Origin: an uncultured Thiotrichales bacterium
Lineage (GTDB): Bacteria > Pseudomonadota > Gammaproteobacteria > CAZUMV01
Length of the DNA: 47,989 nucleotides
Assembly: GCA_938042355.1 (NCBI GenBank)
Contig: CALIRD010000114.1
Span: 1-47,989, forward strand
Reading direction: 5' to 3'
Shown here: piece by piece, positions 36,385 to 46,402 of the stretch
How positions within the stretch are numbered: position 1 is the first letter of the stretch
Layout: every line of letters starts with the position of its first letter
Notes under the pieces: generated by a model
The model's database searches: none
What the model was told of the DNA's origin: nothing
What the model saw: the letters and a program-made list of their open reading frames with translations, nothing else
Translations under genes and position numbers: made by a program

Positions 36385-36432
36385 TATTAACTTATTAATA
36401 GTTAATATATTAACTAATTATTGAGTTGTCAA
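36385..36432 (-). promoter_or_regulatory. Sigma70 promoter with two HpaR-type operators
   Basis: Minus strand TTGACA (36432-36427)-N17-TATATT (36409-36404). Perfect 18-bp palindrome TAGTTAATATATTAACTA (36399-36416) and TATTAA-CTTA-TTAATA (36385-36400). Confidence 0.75.
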
Positions 36433-36444
36433 GAATCAGAGCCA

Positions 36445-37383
36445 TTACTCTCCACGGTAAACCACTCTGAATCCGATGTGATTGGTTGAGAAATCCAGCT
36501 CCTGTGGATGTCTGGCAGCAGGACGATATCGCTGGCAATAATTTTCAGCACATAAGAAGGAACCACCTTTTATCAGGCCCAGGTTTTTGGCTTGACTGGC
36601 TGAGTCTTCCTGCTTGACCCACTCCCAAACATTCCCGGTCATATCTGCCAGCCGGTAGCCATTCAACTCATAACAACCCACAGGAGAAGAACCGTAAAAC
36701 CCATCTTTTGCTGTGTTGAGTACAGGAAATACCCCTTGCCAGGTATTGGCCATTGCAATCGGCATCTCATCGGGCGCTACATCACCCCAACTGTATTGCG
36801 CTGACTCTAGACCACCTCGCGCTGCATACTCCCACTCGGCTTCAGTGGGCAAGTCACCTCCCGTCCACTGTGCGTAGGCGAGAGCATCCGCATAGGTAAT
36901 ATGCACCACCGGATTATCCATCATCTCATCAATAGATGAGCCAGGCCCTTCAGGCTGGCGCCAACTGGCATCAGGTATAAAGTGCCACCTGCCAGCCACT
37001 TTACTGTCAAACGATAATTTAAATGCCGCCGAACCAGCCACCAATTGCTCAACCGGAATAGTAGGGTGTAATGCCGGATCGGGCGTTCGCTCAGCATTCG
37101 TTACATAGCCCGTTTGTTTAACAAATTTCATGAATTGCCGATTCGTCACTTCATGAACATCAATACGAAATGCTGACACTTCAACATCTCTGATCGGTCC
37201 TTCCTCAGGATAGAATGCCTCCGAACCCATCTTGAAAGTACCGCCAGGAATTAAGACGCTGGTGCTTGTTAATGGCTCACAGTTGGCCTGTTTAACTTGG
37301 GTATCTGTCGCATTACTCGTGAGTAGATAAGCAAACCCGGCAATAGCGAGCGCCAATATTAAAGAAATAAGAATTTTCTGCAT
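36445..37383 (-). CDS. Formylglycine-generating enzyme (SUMF1/FGE) with N-terminal signal or anchor
   Basis: GGTFKMGS, EVTNRQF, LPTEAEWEYAARGG, DMTGNVWEW, KGGSFLCAENYCQRYRPAAR (both active-site Cys), HIGFR. Confidence 0.85.
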   Translation of the reverse strand: MQKILISLILALAIAGFAYLLTSNATDTQVKQANCEPLTSTSVLIPGGTFKMGSEAFYPEEGPIRDVEVSAFRIDVHEVTNRQFMKFVKQTGYVTNAERTPDPALHPTIPVEQLVAGSAAFKLSFDSKVAGRWHFIPDASWRQPEGPGSSIDEMMDNPVVHITYADALAYAQWTGGDLPTEAEWEYAARGGLESAQYSWGDVAPDEMPIAMANTWQGVFPVLNTAKDGFYGSSPVGCYELNGYRLADMTGNVWEWVKQEDSASQAKNLGLIKGGSFLCAENYCQRYRPAARHPQELDFSTNHIGFRVVYRGE

Positions 37384-37409
37384 GCAGCGAGTTTCTCAAA
37401 TATACCGTA

Positions 37410-38084
37410 TTAATCCCACTCTACATCCGGGAAAGCACGTAATTTCTCCAGACTATTCTTGCGCTGGTGCCAAGGAAGCTTATCTTTTGAGTCTGCTTTA
37501 GCCTGCACATCATGCGCTTCACAACCAGCGATAACTGCCTCGGCAAGCCCTGGTGGTAGCACCACTACACCATCAGCATCTGCAAGAATAATGTCTCCCG
37601 GATTTACAATAACACCACCACAAATAACCGGCACATTGAGTGAACCGGGTTGATTAGCATCCTTGGTGACCGGTGCTACACCACGCGTAAAGACCGGTAT
37701 TTGTGGCTGCTCTTGAACATGCAAGTTAAGGTTCATACAGCTGCCATCAATAACCACACCCTCGGCACCTGCCATGTTTGCAGCTTTACTCATTGACAAG
37801 CCCCATACAGCAAGCTCTTTATGTCCCGCCGCGTCGATAACAATGATATCTCCTTCTTCTATATACTTCGGTGCAACCTCAGCCATCAATCGATCGTCCC
37901 AGTAATGAGGCCGCACAGTAAATGCCGGCCCACATATTCTCCACTCAGAATGGAGCGGCTTTATTTCAGGATCACACACCTGACGAGGACCAATCTCATA
38001 TCCCGCAACACCAACATGTTGCTTGCTGACACGGTTAATCAGATCTCTAGATGGGCGTTCAAATTTTGTAATTATTTTATGCAT
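37410..38084 (-). CDS. RraA / HMG-CHA aldolase family protein, divergent
   Basis: ICGPAFTV, GDIIVIDA, GSLNVPVICGGVIVNPGDIILADADGVVV. Confidence 0.78.
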   Translation of the reverse strand: MHKIITKFERPSRDLINRVSKQHVGVAGYEIGPRQVCDPEIKPLHSEWRICGPAFTVRPHYWDDRLMAEVAPKYIEEGDIIVIDAAGHKELAVWGLSMSKAANMAGAEGVVIDGSCMNLNLHVQEQPQIPVFTRGVAPVTKDANQPGSLNVPVICGGVIVNPGDIILADADGVVVLPPGLAEAVIAGCEAHDVQAKADSKDKLPWHQRKNSLEKLRAFPDVEWD

Positions 38085-38327
38085 ACCAAGACATCCATGT
38101 TTCCGACCTTCAAATTACTCGAAAGCATTCAAATAAGGAAGTGCTTGTTATAATTAATAAATCCTGAGCTATACGAAACACATCTGGTTTTATACTATAC
38201 GGTGTCTTTATACAAAATAATTGACAGTCTCGAAGACAGTTTTATCGATATCTTCTCCCTCATGAACTTGTTGGTAGGCATAATCAGATTTCAAATATTT
38301 ACCGAGCCAACTACCGAAAAAAATATA

Positions 38328-38714
38328 ATGACAAAACCAATCACTCTCTGCCTCGTAATCGTCGGGCTAATTAACTTCTTACCTGTCGTCGGCTTACTTG
38401 GCACAAGCAAACTGGAATCCACTTATCACATCGAGCTTATATCAAATGATTTGGTTATCTTGATGCAACATCGAGCACTTCTGTTCGGCTTGCTTGGCGG
38501 CTTTATTTTGTATTCAGCGTTCTTTCCTAAATTTCAAACTGCATCCATGATAATGGCTGCAGTGAGCATGAGTGGTTTCGCTGTCTTGGTACATCTGGTT
38601 GGTAGTGATAACCAGGCAATAACCAAGGTTCTTAAGGTTGATTACGTTGGACTATTTTTCTTATCCATTGCCGTAGTTTTAAAATATATTCTTAATAACG
38701 ACGAAACAAACTAA
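38328..38714 (+). CDS. Hypothetical four-TM membrane protein
   Basis: ATG 38328 preferred. Hydrophobic segments, VGLINFLP and LMQHRALLFG. Confidence 0.65.
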   Translation: MTKPITLCLVIVGLINFLPVVGLLGTSKLESTYHIELISNDLVILMQHRALLFGLLGGFILYSAFFPKFQTASMIMAAVSMSGFAVLVHLVGSDNQAITKVLKVDYVGLFFLSIAVVLKYILNNDETN

Positions 38715-38724
38715 AGGTTAAGCA

Positions 38725-39159
38725 ATGATAGATTGGACATCAGTAGCCTCTATAGCAACAGCACTCGGTGTTTTTATTGCTGCTTATGAACTTAGAGAAA
38801 CTCAAAAAATTGCCCAGACGGAATTTGAAGATTCTTTAGACCAACAATACAGGCAACTAGCAAGAGGTATTCCTGTTGACGCTCTAATTGGTAAAACAGT
38901 TTCAGACGATAAAAAAGAGCTTACACGTGAACTGATCTACAACTATCTGGACTTGAGCAACGAACAAGTATCTCTAAGACAGAAAAAAAGAATTCGGAAA
39001 GACTCATTGTCAGATTGGTCGGCTGGCATTAAATCTCATTTGGAAAAGATTGAGTTTCAATCTGTGTGGGAAGAAATAAAAATCGAATCACCCGGTACGT
39101 TTACTTTCCTGGAAAAACTTGAGCAAACTGATTACAGTAAAGATCCAGCCAAATGGTAA
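38725..39159 (+). CDS. Hypothetical protein with N-terminal TM helix
   Basis: 144 aa, AAGG SD, hydrophobic N-terminus then a charged helical domain. Confidence 0.65.
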   Translation: MIDWTSVASIATALGVFIAAYELRETQKIAQTEFEDSLDQQYRQLARGIPVDALIGKTVSDDKKELTRELIYNYLDLSNEQVSLRQKKRIRKDSLSDWSAGIKSHLEKIEFQSVWEEIKIESPGTFTFLEKLEQTDYSKDPAKW

Positions 39160-39212
39160 ACAATACCTAGTACGATTTGTATAAAGTAAGACTTGAAATT
39201 GTTTAAACGACT

Positions 39213-39716
39213 ATGAAACTTGTTTCTCCCTCAACCATTTACCAGGCAAGTTATATTTCCTATATCAAAGAATTAGGAAACGAAGAACGTTATCCTTTTA
39301 CACTGGACCTGACATTCAACAACTTTCAGACTCTTCTAAAACAACTCAACGATTATTCATTTGGGAAAAACCTGCCAACAGGCACTGTTCAAAACACAAC
39401 CTTATGGCTGGTTGATAATATTGAGATAGTGGGGGTAACTAACTTAAGACATTATCTTAATGAAGCAATTACACATTGTGGTGGTCATATCGGCCTCAGT
39501 ATTCGCCCATCCAAACGTGGCAATGGTTTTGGCAATCGTTTAATGCGTCTTTCTATTGATTATTTGAACAAGCTAGGTGTTTCACAAATTCATATTCATT
39601 GCTATAAAGACAACCTAGGCTCGGCCAAAGCTATTCTTAATTGTGGGGCTATTCTCGATTCAGAAATTACGGATAATAACCACACTGTTCAGCGATATAT
39701 TAAATCCACTGACTAA
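39213..39716 (+). CDS. GNAT family N-acetyltransferase
   Basis: LRHYLN, GGHIGLSIRPSKRGNGFG (acetyl-CoA binding), DNLGSAKAI. Confidence 0.85.
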   Translation: MKLVSPSTIYQASYISYIKELGNEERYPFTLDLTFNNFQTLLKQLNDYSFGKNLPTGTVQNTTLWLVDNIEIVGVTNLRHYLNEAITHCGGHIGLSIRPSKRGNGFGNRLMRLSIDYLNKLGVSQIHIHCYKDNLGSAKAILNCGAILDSEITDNNHTVQRYIKSTD

Positions 39717-39878
39717 CCATACGCATATAATTCCCACACTCACAAACGATGTATTCTGTAAATGACAACAGTTATGCATTTCTATATTCACTAATGAAGT
39801 CTTTAGATACACTCATCTCTCATGCACTGTTTAAATTCTCTGTCGCCATATACACGACAGTAAATTGCAAGAAAGTAT

Positions 39879-39915
39879 AAAGTCCTGCAGATAATGTGGA
39901 CTGTAGGCTTTTTTT
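39879..39915 (+). terminator. Probable intrinsic terminator
   Basis: CCTGCAG-N10-CTGTAGG stem (one G-U pair), extendable with AAG/CTT, followed by C and T7. Confidence 0.5.
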
Positions 39916-39987
39916 GAACAACATCATCAGAGTATAATCTTTGCGCCTTGTTGATTGGCCATGTTTCTCACTACTGAATGGAATCAA

Positions 39988-40803
39988 ATGCAGCAAAATA
40001 TTGAAGCTGAAAAAAAATCGGGCATTTTTAAATATAAAGAGGATAAATGGCCTGTTTTTATTATCTTGTTACTTACCCTGATAGACATCGCACTTTACTT
40101 CACTGTCGATAGTAAACTGTTTTTCTTTCTTTATTATCTGGTCATGATTATTCCCAAAGGCATAATTTGTGCCTGGAATCATCACCATCAACATCTATTT
40201 ACCTTCAGAAATAATCTACTAAACCGTGGCCTTGAGTTTTCGTATGCTTTGCATACCGGCGTCACCAGTAATTTATGGCGGCTACATCATGTGCTGGGAC
40301 ATCATAAAAACTATCTCAACCAAAAACTGGACGAGAGTCGCTGGCAAAGAAAAGATGGCACAAAAATGGGTGTAATTGAATACACGCTAAGCGTTGCCTT
40401 AACCGCCTATCCACGAGGTTACACGGTAGGCAAACATTTCCCCAAGCAAATGAAAACCTTTCTGGTGTGTGCAGCCGCGTCATTCATAGCAGTTGGATTA
40501 CTGGTTTGGTTTAAACCAGCTGCCGGGCTGTATTTGTTCGTCTTACCGATGATTACCAGCTTGTTGTTTACCGCCTACGTCACTTACGATCATCACGCGG
40601 GGTTGAAGACAGATAATGAGTTCGAAGCGTCTTACAATAATTTAAGCAAGGTCTTTAACTTCTTTACCGGCAATCTCGGATATCACACAGCACACCATCA
40701 CCGTCATGGCGTACATTGGTCTAGGTTGCCAGAATTACACGCAACTATCGCTGACAAAATACCCGAACATCTTTATACACGCTCGCTCTTTACGCACCGA
40801 TAG
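39988..40803 (+). CDS. Membrane fatty acid desaturase-like (di-iron His-box) protein
   Basis: His boxes HHHQH, HHVLGHH and YHTAHH; TM segments; TATAAT at 39933-39938 upstream. Start uncertain (39955, 39961 or 39988). Confidence 0.82.
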   Translation: MQQNIEAEKKSGIFKYKEDKWPVFIILLLTLIDIALYFTVDSKLFFFLYYLVMIIPKGIICAWNHHHQHLFTFRNNLLNRGLEFSYALHTGVTSNLWRLHHVLGHHKNYLNQKLDESRWQRKDGTKMGVIEYTLSVALTAYPRGYTVGKHFPKQMKTFLVCAAASFIAVGLLVWFKPAAGLYLFVLPMITSLLFTAYVTYDHHAGLKTDNEFEASYNNLSKVFNFFTGNLGYHTAHHHRHGVHWSRLPELHATIADKIPEHLYTRSLFTHR

Positions 40804-40812
40804 TTTGAAAAA

Positions 40813-42792
40813 TTAACTCGCTTCGAACGACAACAGCTCGTCGCCACCGGAAACCAGGTCACCAGAGCTAAAAAATATTTCCGTAACGGTGCCATCTTCT
40901 GAAGCAACAATCGTGTTTTGCATTTTCATTGCCTCCAACACCAGCAGCGCATCACCGGCACTCACACTGGCACCCTTCTCGACCAGTAATTCAACGACAG
41001 TACCGTTCATTGGTGCACAAAAATCACCTGCACCACCCGAAACAGAATCACCATAGTCTGGTAGTGACAAATTCAGATCGACCGTCGCATCTTCAGTAAA
41101 TACTCGGAAGTTACTATTACTTACTGCCACAACCGCTTTTTCACTGTGCCTATTTATCTCGGCAATGATGGAGTCATTCTTCAGTTGTGCGCTCACATTG
41201 CAGGTTGTTTCGTTTACGCTCACTCTGAAGTTATTGTTTGAATCCTTATCAAGATCTTCCACCACGACATGATGTATAGATTCTCCGTGCTCGAATTGAA
41301 ATCGATGGTGATTCGGTTGATTCATACGAAACGCATTTCCACTATGCCAGGGGTTATCTGATTTCGCCTCTTGTCTACGACTCAAGATACAATACAGTGC
41401 CAACATAGTTAAACTGCTATCAAGATTGATCTCGGTAGACTTGAACACTTCATCCTTGTTTTTTTCAATAAAGCCTGTGTCCAGTTTTGCTTGAGCAAAT
41501 GCTTGGGAATTAAAGATCTTTTGAAGAAAGGCTATGTTGGTAGTAACACCAAAGATACGAAACTCTTGTAACGCGGCCTGCATTCTAGTCAGCGCTTGAC
41601 TTCTGTCTTCCCCCCAGACAATTAACTTCGCAATCATCGGGTCATAATAAGGACTGATTTCGTCACCTTGCTGTACGCCGGTATCAACGCGTACATTGTT
41701 ACTCTCTGGTGGGTTTTGTAGAAACTCCAGCGTACCGGAGGTAGGTAAAAAATCATTGTCAGGGTCTTCGGCATAAATTCGGGCTTCAAAAGCATGACCA
41801 GTATGACTAAGTTGTTGCTGAGTTTTAGGTAATGACTCACCATTGGCGACGCGAAGTTGCCATTCAACCAGATCTTCACCGGTGATCATTTCCGTTACCG
41901 GGTGTTCTACCTGCAGGCGTGTATTCATCTCCATGAAGTAAAATGAGCCATCTGTATCGAATAAAAACTCAACCGTGCCTGCACCCTCATAATCTATTGC
42001 CTGTGCTGCACGCACGGCCGCCTCACCCATTGCCTGGCGTTGCTCATCAGACATGCCTGGCGCAGGCGCTTCTTCTATCACTTTTTGGTGGCGACGCTGA
42101 ATAGAACAATCACGTTCAAACAAATAGACACCATTACCATGGGCATCACAAAACACTTGAATTTCAACATGTCGCGGTTGAGTAAGATATTTCTCAACCA
42201 GCATGACATCATCTGCGAACGACGCCATGGACTCACTTTTGGCTTGCTTAAGCGCAGACTCAAATTCGTCAGCACTCCATACCTGACGCATGCCTTTACC
42301 ACCACCACCCGCAACTGCTTTCAACAGGACCGGATAACCCATCTCATCAGCTGCAGACTTTAATACCTGCAAGTCCTGATTATCACCGTGATAACCGGGC
42401 ACTAAAGGCACGTCTACTTTACTCATGATATTTTTCGCTGCAGATTTTGAGCCCATCGCTTTAATCGCAGCAACGGGTGGACCAATGAAAACAATATTGT
42501 TTGAGACACACTGCTCTGCTAACGTGGCATTTTCTGAAAGAAAACCATAACCCGGATGTATGGCATCGGCGCCTGTCTTGATAGCCGCATTGATGATCTT
42601 ATCCACCACAAGATAAGACTCTTGTGCCGCTGAAGCGCCAATATGTACCGACTCATCAGCCATCTTTACATGCAATGCATCACGATCTGCATCTGAAAAG
42701 ACGGCCACCGTTTGAATACCCATGGCCTTCGCTGTCTTGATGACCCGGCACGCTATTTCGCCTCTATTGGCTATCAATACTTTTTTAAACAT
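40813..42792 (-). CDS. liuD: 3-methylcrotonyl-CoA carboxylase alpha (biotin) subunit
   Basis: IANRGEIACR, HPGYGFLSEN, ERDCSIQRRHQK, EMNTRLQVEHP, biotinylation motif EAMKM; liu operon context. Confidence 0.9.
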   Translation of the reverse strand: MFKKVLIANRGEIACRVIKTAKAMGIQTVAVFSDADRDALHVKMADESVHIGASAAQESYLVVDKIINAAIKTGADAIHPGYGFLSENATLAEQCVSNNIVFIGPPVAAIKAMGSKSAAKNIMSKVDVPLVPGYHGDNQDLQVLKSAADEMGYPVLLKAVAGGGGKGMRQVWSADEFESALKQAKSESMASFADDVMLVEKYLTQPRHVEIQVFCDAHGNGVYLFERDCSIQRRHQKVIEEAPAPGMSDEQRQAMGEAAVRAAQAIDYEGAGTVEFLFDTDGSFYFMEMNTRLQVEHPVTEMITGEDLVEWQLRVANGESLPKTQQQLSHTGHAFEARIYAEDPDNDFLPTSGTLEFLQNPPESNNVRVDTGVQQGDEISPYYDPMIAKLIVWGEDRSQALTRMQAALQEFRIFGVTTNIAFLQKIFNSQAFAQAKLDTGFIEKNKDEVFKSTEINLDSSLTMLALYCILSRRQEAKSDNPWHSGNAFRMNQPNHHRFQFEHGESIHHVVVEDLDKDSNNNFRVSVNETTCNVSAQLKNDSIIAEINRHSEKAVVAVSNSNFRVFTEDATVDLNLSLPDYGDSVSGGAGDFCAPMNGTVVELLVEKGASVSAGDALLVLEAMKMQNTIVASEDGTVTEIFFSSGDLVSGGDELLSFEAS

Positions 42793-42801
42793 GGGTCACC
42801 C

Positions 42802-43584
42802 TTAACTCTTTGACGAACTCTTGTTCTTATCTAAAAATGCGGCGAGTCTCTTCTGCGCTTCTTCAGTACCACGCAAATCAGCAATGACCTCACAGGTACG
42901 TTTGATGATCGCATTACTGATAGGCTGGTCATTAACTTCTGCTATCAATTCTTTGGCTACACGCATGGCATGACTGCCATTGGCTAACACTATCTCGCAA
43001 TAACGCTGTACTTCAATATCAAGTTGATCATTCTCTACCACGTTACTTAACAAGCCCAATTTGAGAGCACTGTCAGCATCAATCACTTCTGCCGTTAGCA
43101 TATAACGCCGCGCCGCGCGTTGCCCGATTGCCGCGACCACATAGGGACAAATAGTGGCAGGTGCCAAGCCGATTTTTACTTCGCTCAAACATAATGTTGC
43201 TTGTGGGGTAGCGACTGCTATATCACAACAACTCACCAGCCCGACCGCACCACCATAGGCCGCCCCCTGCACTCTGGCAATCACTGGCTTACCAATCTCA
43301 TTAAGCGTTTTGAGCATGGTCGCCAAGCCCTGTGCATCGGCCAGATTTTCTTCGTAAGAAAATTCTGCCATGCGTTTCATCCAGGCCAAATCGCCTCCGG
43401 CAGAAAAACTTTTACCCTGCGCCGCCAGCACAACTACTTTTACTTGCGAGTTTTCGTCAACTTCACGAAACGCATCAGTCAGTTCAAGAATCATTTGATC
43501 ATCAAAGGCGTTGTGTTTTTGCGGGCAACACATAGTAATCCTTGCCACGCCTGTACTGTCGATATCTATTGAAACATCTTTCAT
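42802..43584 (-). CDS. liuC: Methylglutaconyl-CoA hydratase (crotonase family)
   Basis: HNAFDD, FSAGGDLAWM, GGAVGLVSCCD, SEVKIGL; located between liuB and liuD. Confidence 0.87.
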   Translation of the reverse strand: MKDVSIDIDSTGVARITMCCPQKHNAFDDQMILELTDAFREVDENSQVKVVVLAAQGKSFSAGGDLAWMKRMAEFSYEENLADAQGLATMLKTLNEIGKPVIARVQGAAYGGAVGLVSCCDIAVATPQATLCLSEVKIGLAPATICPYVVAAIGQRAARRYMLTAEVIDADSALKLGLLSNVVENDQLDIEVQRYCEIVLANGSHAMRVAKELIAEVNDQPISNAIIKRTCEVIADLRGTEEAQKRLAAFLDKNKSSSKS

Positions 43585-43586
43585 GC

Positions 43587-45197
43587 TTACATCCTGAACA
43601 CGCCAAAGCGCGTTTCTTCAATTTCTTTGTTCAGACTGGCTGATAACGCCAATGACACCACCAGTCGCGTATCGAGTGGATCAATCACACCGTCGTCCCA
43701 TAATCTGGCCGAGGCGTAATATGGATGTCCCTGTTTTTCATATTGTTCAAGTACCGGCTGTTTGAAGGCTTGTTCTTCGGCTTCACTCCATTCCTCACCC
43801 TTATACTCTTTCTGGGTTCGCTTCACTTGTGCCAGAACACCCGCTGCTTGCTCGCCACCCATGACTGAAATGCGAGCATTTGGCCACATAAACAAAAAGT
43901 TGGGATCATAGGAACGACCACACATACCATAGTTGCCCGCGCCATAGGAGTTACCGATGATGACTGTAATTTTCGGTACTTTTGCATTGGTGACTGCCAT
44001 CACCATCTTGGCACCATGTTTGGCTATACCGCCCGCTTCATATTGTTTACCGACCATGAAACCGGTGATGTTTTGTAAAAACAGTAATGGTATTTTTCGT
44101 TGGGCACAAAGCTCAATAAAGTGCGCACCCTTTTGGGCGGACTCGGAAAACAAAATTCCGTTATTGGCCAAAACACCAACAGGGTAGCCATGAATACGGG
44201 CAAAACCGCACACGAGAGTACTGCCAAAAAGCGCCTTGAATTCATCAAACTCTGAACCATCAACCAGTCGCGCGATAATCTCGCGCACATCAAAGGGTTG
44301 CCGAGCATCTTTCGGTAAAATGCCATAGATTTCTTTCGGGTCGTATTTTGGTTCAACGCTTTCGGTACGATCCAGCTGATCGGGTTTGACCCGGTTAAGC
44401 CGGCTCATGGAACGACGTGCCAGCTCCAGCGCGTGATGATCATTCTGGGCATAGTGGTCAGAGACACCCGACTCACGACAATGAACGTCAGCACCGCCCA
44501 GCTCTAAAGCGGTGACTTCTTCGCCAGTGGCGGCCTTGACCAGTGGTGGGCCTGCCAGAAAGATAGTTGCCGTATCTTTTACAATAATCGATTCATCCGA
44601 CATCGCAGGCACATAGGCGCCACCGGCCGTGCAGGAACCCATGACGACCGCAATTTGCGGAATATTTTTAGCTGACATTGCCGCCTGGTTATAAAACGAT
44701 CGACCGAAGTTATCTCTGTCTGGAAAGACCTCATCCTGTCTAGGCAGTATTGCGCCACCTGAGTCGACCAGATAAATGCAGGGTAAGTGATTTTGCTCGG
44801 CAATGAATTGGGCGCGTAAATGTTTCTTTACCGTCATGGGGTAATAACAACCGCCCTTAACGGTCGCATCATTAGCGACTATCACGCACTCTTGTCCAGC
44901 CACCATGCCAACACCGGTTATCACACCGGCAGCAGGTACGTCCTCTCCTTCATACAATTCATAAGCAGCCAGCTGCGATAACTCAAGAAAGGGTGAACCC
45001 GGGTCTATCAAGGCATTGATACGTTCGCGTACCGGTAACTTGCCGCGTGAGCGATGACGCTCCATACGTGCTTCACCTCCACCGGCAACAATACGCTGAA
45101 CCACCTGATACAAGTCATCCACTTGCGCCTGACTATGCTCAACGTTTTCCTGATACTCGGCAGAACGTGGATTAATAGTACTTTTGATTACATTCAA
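43587..45197 (-). CDS. liuB: 3-methylcrotonyl-CoA carboxylase beta subunit
   Basis: TTG start with GGAGAG SD; [42 protein letters not shown]. Confidence 0.92.
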   Translation of the reverse strand: MNVIKSTINPRSAEYQENVEHSQAQVDDLYQVVQRIVAGGGEARMERHRSRGKLPVRERINALIDPGSPFLELSQLAAYELYEGEDVPAAGVITGVGMVAGQECVIVANDATVKGGCYYPMTVKKHLRAQFIAEQNHLPCIYLVDSGGAILPRQDEVFPDRDNFGRSFYNQAAMSAKNIPQIAVVMGSCTAGGAYVPAMSDESIIVKDTATIFLAGPPLVKAATGEEVTALELGGADVHCRESGVSDHYAQNDHHALELARRSMSRLNRVKPDQLDRTESVEPKYDPKEIYGILPKDARQPFDVREIIARLVDGSEFDEFKALFGSTLVCGFARIHGYPVGVLANNGILFSESAQKGAHFIELCAQRKIPLLFLQNITGFMVGKQYEAGGIAKHGAKMVMAVTNAKVPKITVIIGNSYGAGNYGMCGRSYDPNFLFMWPNARISVMGGEQAAGVLAQVKRTQKEYKGEEWSEAEEQAFKQPVLEQYEKQGHPYYASARLWDDGVIDPLDTRLVVSLALSASLNKEIEETRFGVFRM

Positions 45198-45217
45198 AAT
45201 TGTTCTCTCCTGCTTGC

Positions 45218-46387
45218 TCAGGCCGTTTCGCCAAACAATTCCCGTCCAATCAACATGCGACGGATTTCTGATGTACCGGCCCCAATTTCATAGAGCTTGG
45301 CATCGCGCAGCAAACGACCGGTAGGGTAATCATTGATATAGCCATTACCCCCTAATGCCTGTATTGCCTGTAACGCCATTTGTGTTGCCTGTTCGGCGGT
45401 ATACAAAATCACAGCAGCCGCGTCTTTACGACTTTCCTGACCACGGTCGCACGCGCCAGCAACGGCATACAAATACGAACGACTGGCACTGAGAACGGTA
45501 TACATATCAGCCAACTTGCCTTGCATTAACTGAAACTCGCCAATGGGTGTATCGAACTGTTTACGCTCATGCACATAAGGCACCACCACATCCATGCAGG
45601 CTTGCATGATGCCAACCGGCCCACCCGACAACACCGTACGCTCGTAGTCCAGACCAGACATCAGTACCCGTACTCCACCACCCTCGACACCGAGAATGTT
45701 TTCTTCGGGCACAATACAATCCTGGAATACCAGCTCGCAGGTATTGGAGCCACGCATGCCTAGCTTGTCCAGTTTTTGTGCCTGACTAAAACCTTCAAAA
45801 TCCCGCTCGATAATAAATGCAGTGATCCCTTTGGAACCGGCGTCTGGCTCCGTTTTGGCATACACCACATAAGTGTTCGCATCCGGTCCGTTGGTAATCC
45901 ACATCTTATTACCATTAAGAACGTAGTGATCGCCATTCTTTCGTGCATGCAACTTCATGCTGACGACATCTGAACCCGCATTGGGTTCAGACATTGCCAA
46001 AGCACCGACATGCTCACCAGAACATAACTTCGGCAAGTACTTGTTCTTTTGTTGCTCATTGCCATTCTTGTGAATTTGATTCACACACAAATTCGAATGC
46101 GCACCGTATGACAAGCCCACAGATGCAGACGCACGGCTAATTTCTTCCATTGCAATAGAATGCGCCAGATAGCCCATATTACTGCCACCGTATTCTTCGG
46201 CGACGGTGATACCCAACAAGCCGAGTGATCCCAGCTTTTCCCACAAATCTGCCGGGAACTGATTGTCGCTATCGATTTGTTCTGCCCTGGGTGCAATCTC
46301 GGCTGCCGAAAATTGTGCAGTCACATCCCGCAACATCACCAGCTCTTCGCTGAGTCCATAATCAAGTGTTGGGTAGTTGGTAGTCAT
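45218..46387 (-). CDS. liuA: Isovaleryl-CoA dehydrogenase
   Basis: [59 protein letters not shown]. Confidence 0.93.
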   Translation of the reverse strand: MTTNYPTLDYGLSEELVMLRDVTAQFSAAEIAPRAEQIDSDNQFPADLWEKLGSLGLLGITVAEEYGGSNMGYLAHSIAMEEISRASASVGLSYGAHSNLCVNQIHKNGNEQQKNKYLPKLCSGEHVGALAMSEPNAGSDVVSMKLHARKNGDHYVLNGNKMWITNGPDANTYVVYAKTEPDAGSKGITAFIIERDFEGFSQAQKLDKLGMRGSNTCELVFQDCIVPEENILGVEGGGVRVLMSGLDYERTVLSGGPVGIMQACMDVVVPYVHERKQFDTPIGEFQLMQGKLADMYTVLSASRSYLYAVAGACDRGQESRKDAAAVILYTAEQATQMALQAIQALGGNGYINDYPTGRLLRDAKLYEIGAGTSEIRRMLIGRELFGETA

Positions 46388-46402
46388 ACGTTATTTTCCG
46401 GT

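Noticed and set aside
38700-39730. Integron cassette array
   Set aside because: No RYYYAAC/GTTRRRY attC pairs with matching hairpins and no integrase were seen; the gap between the first two genes is too short for an attC.
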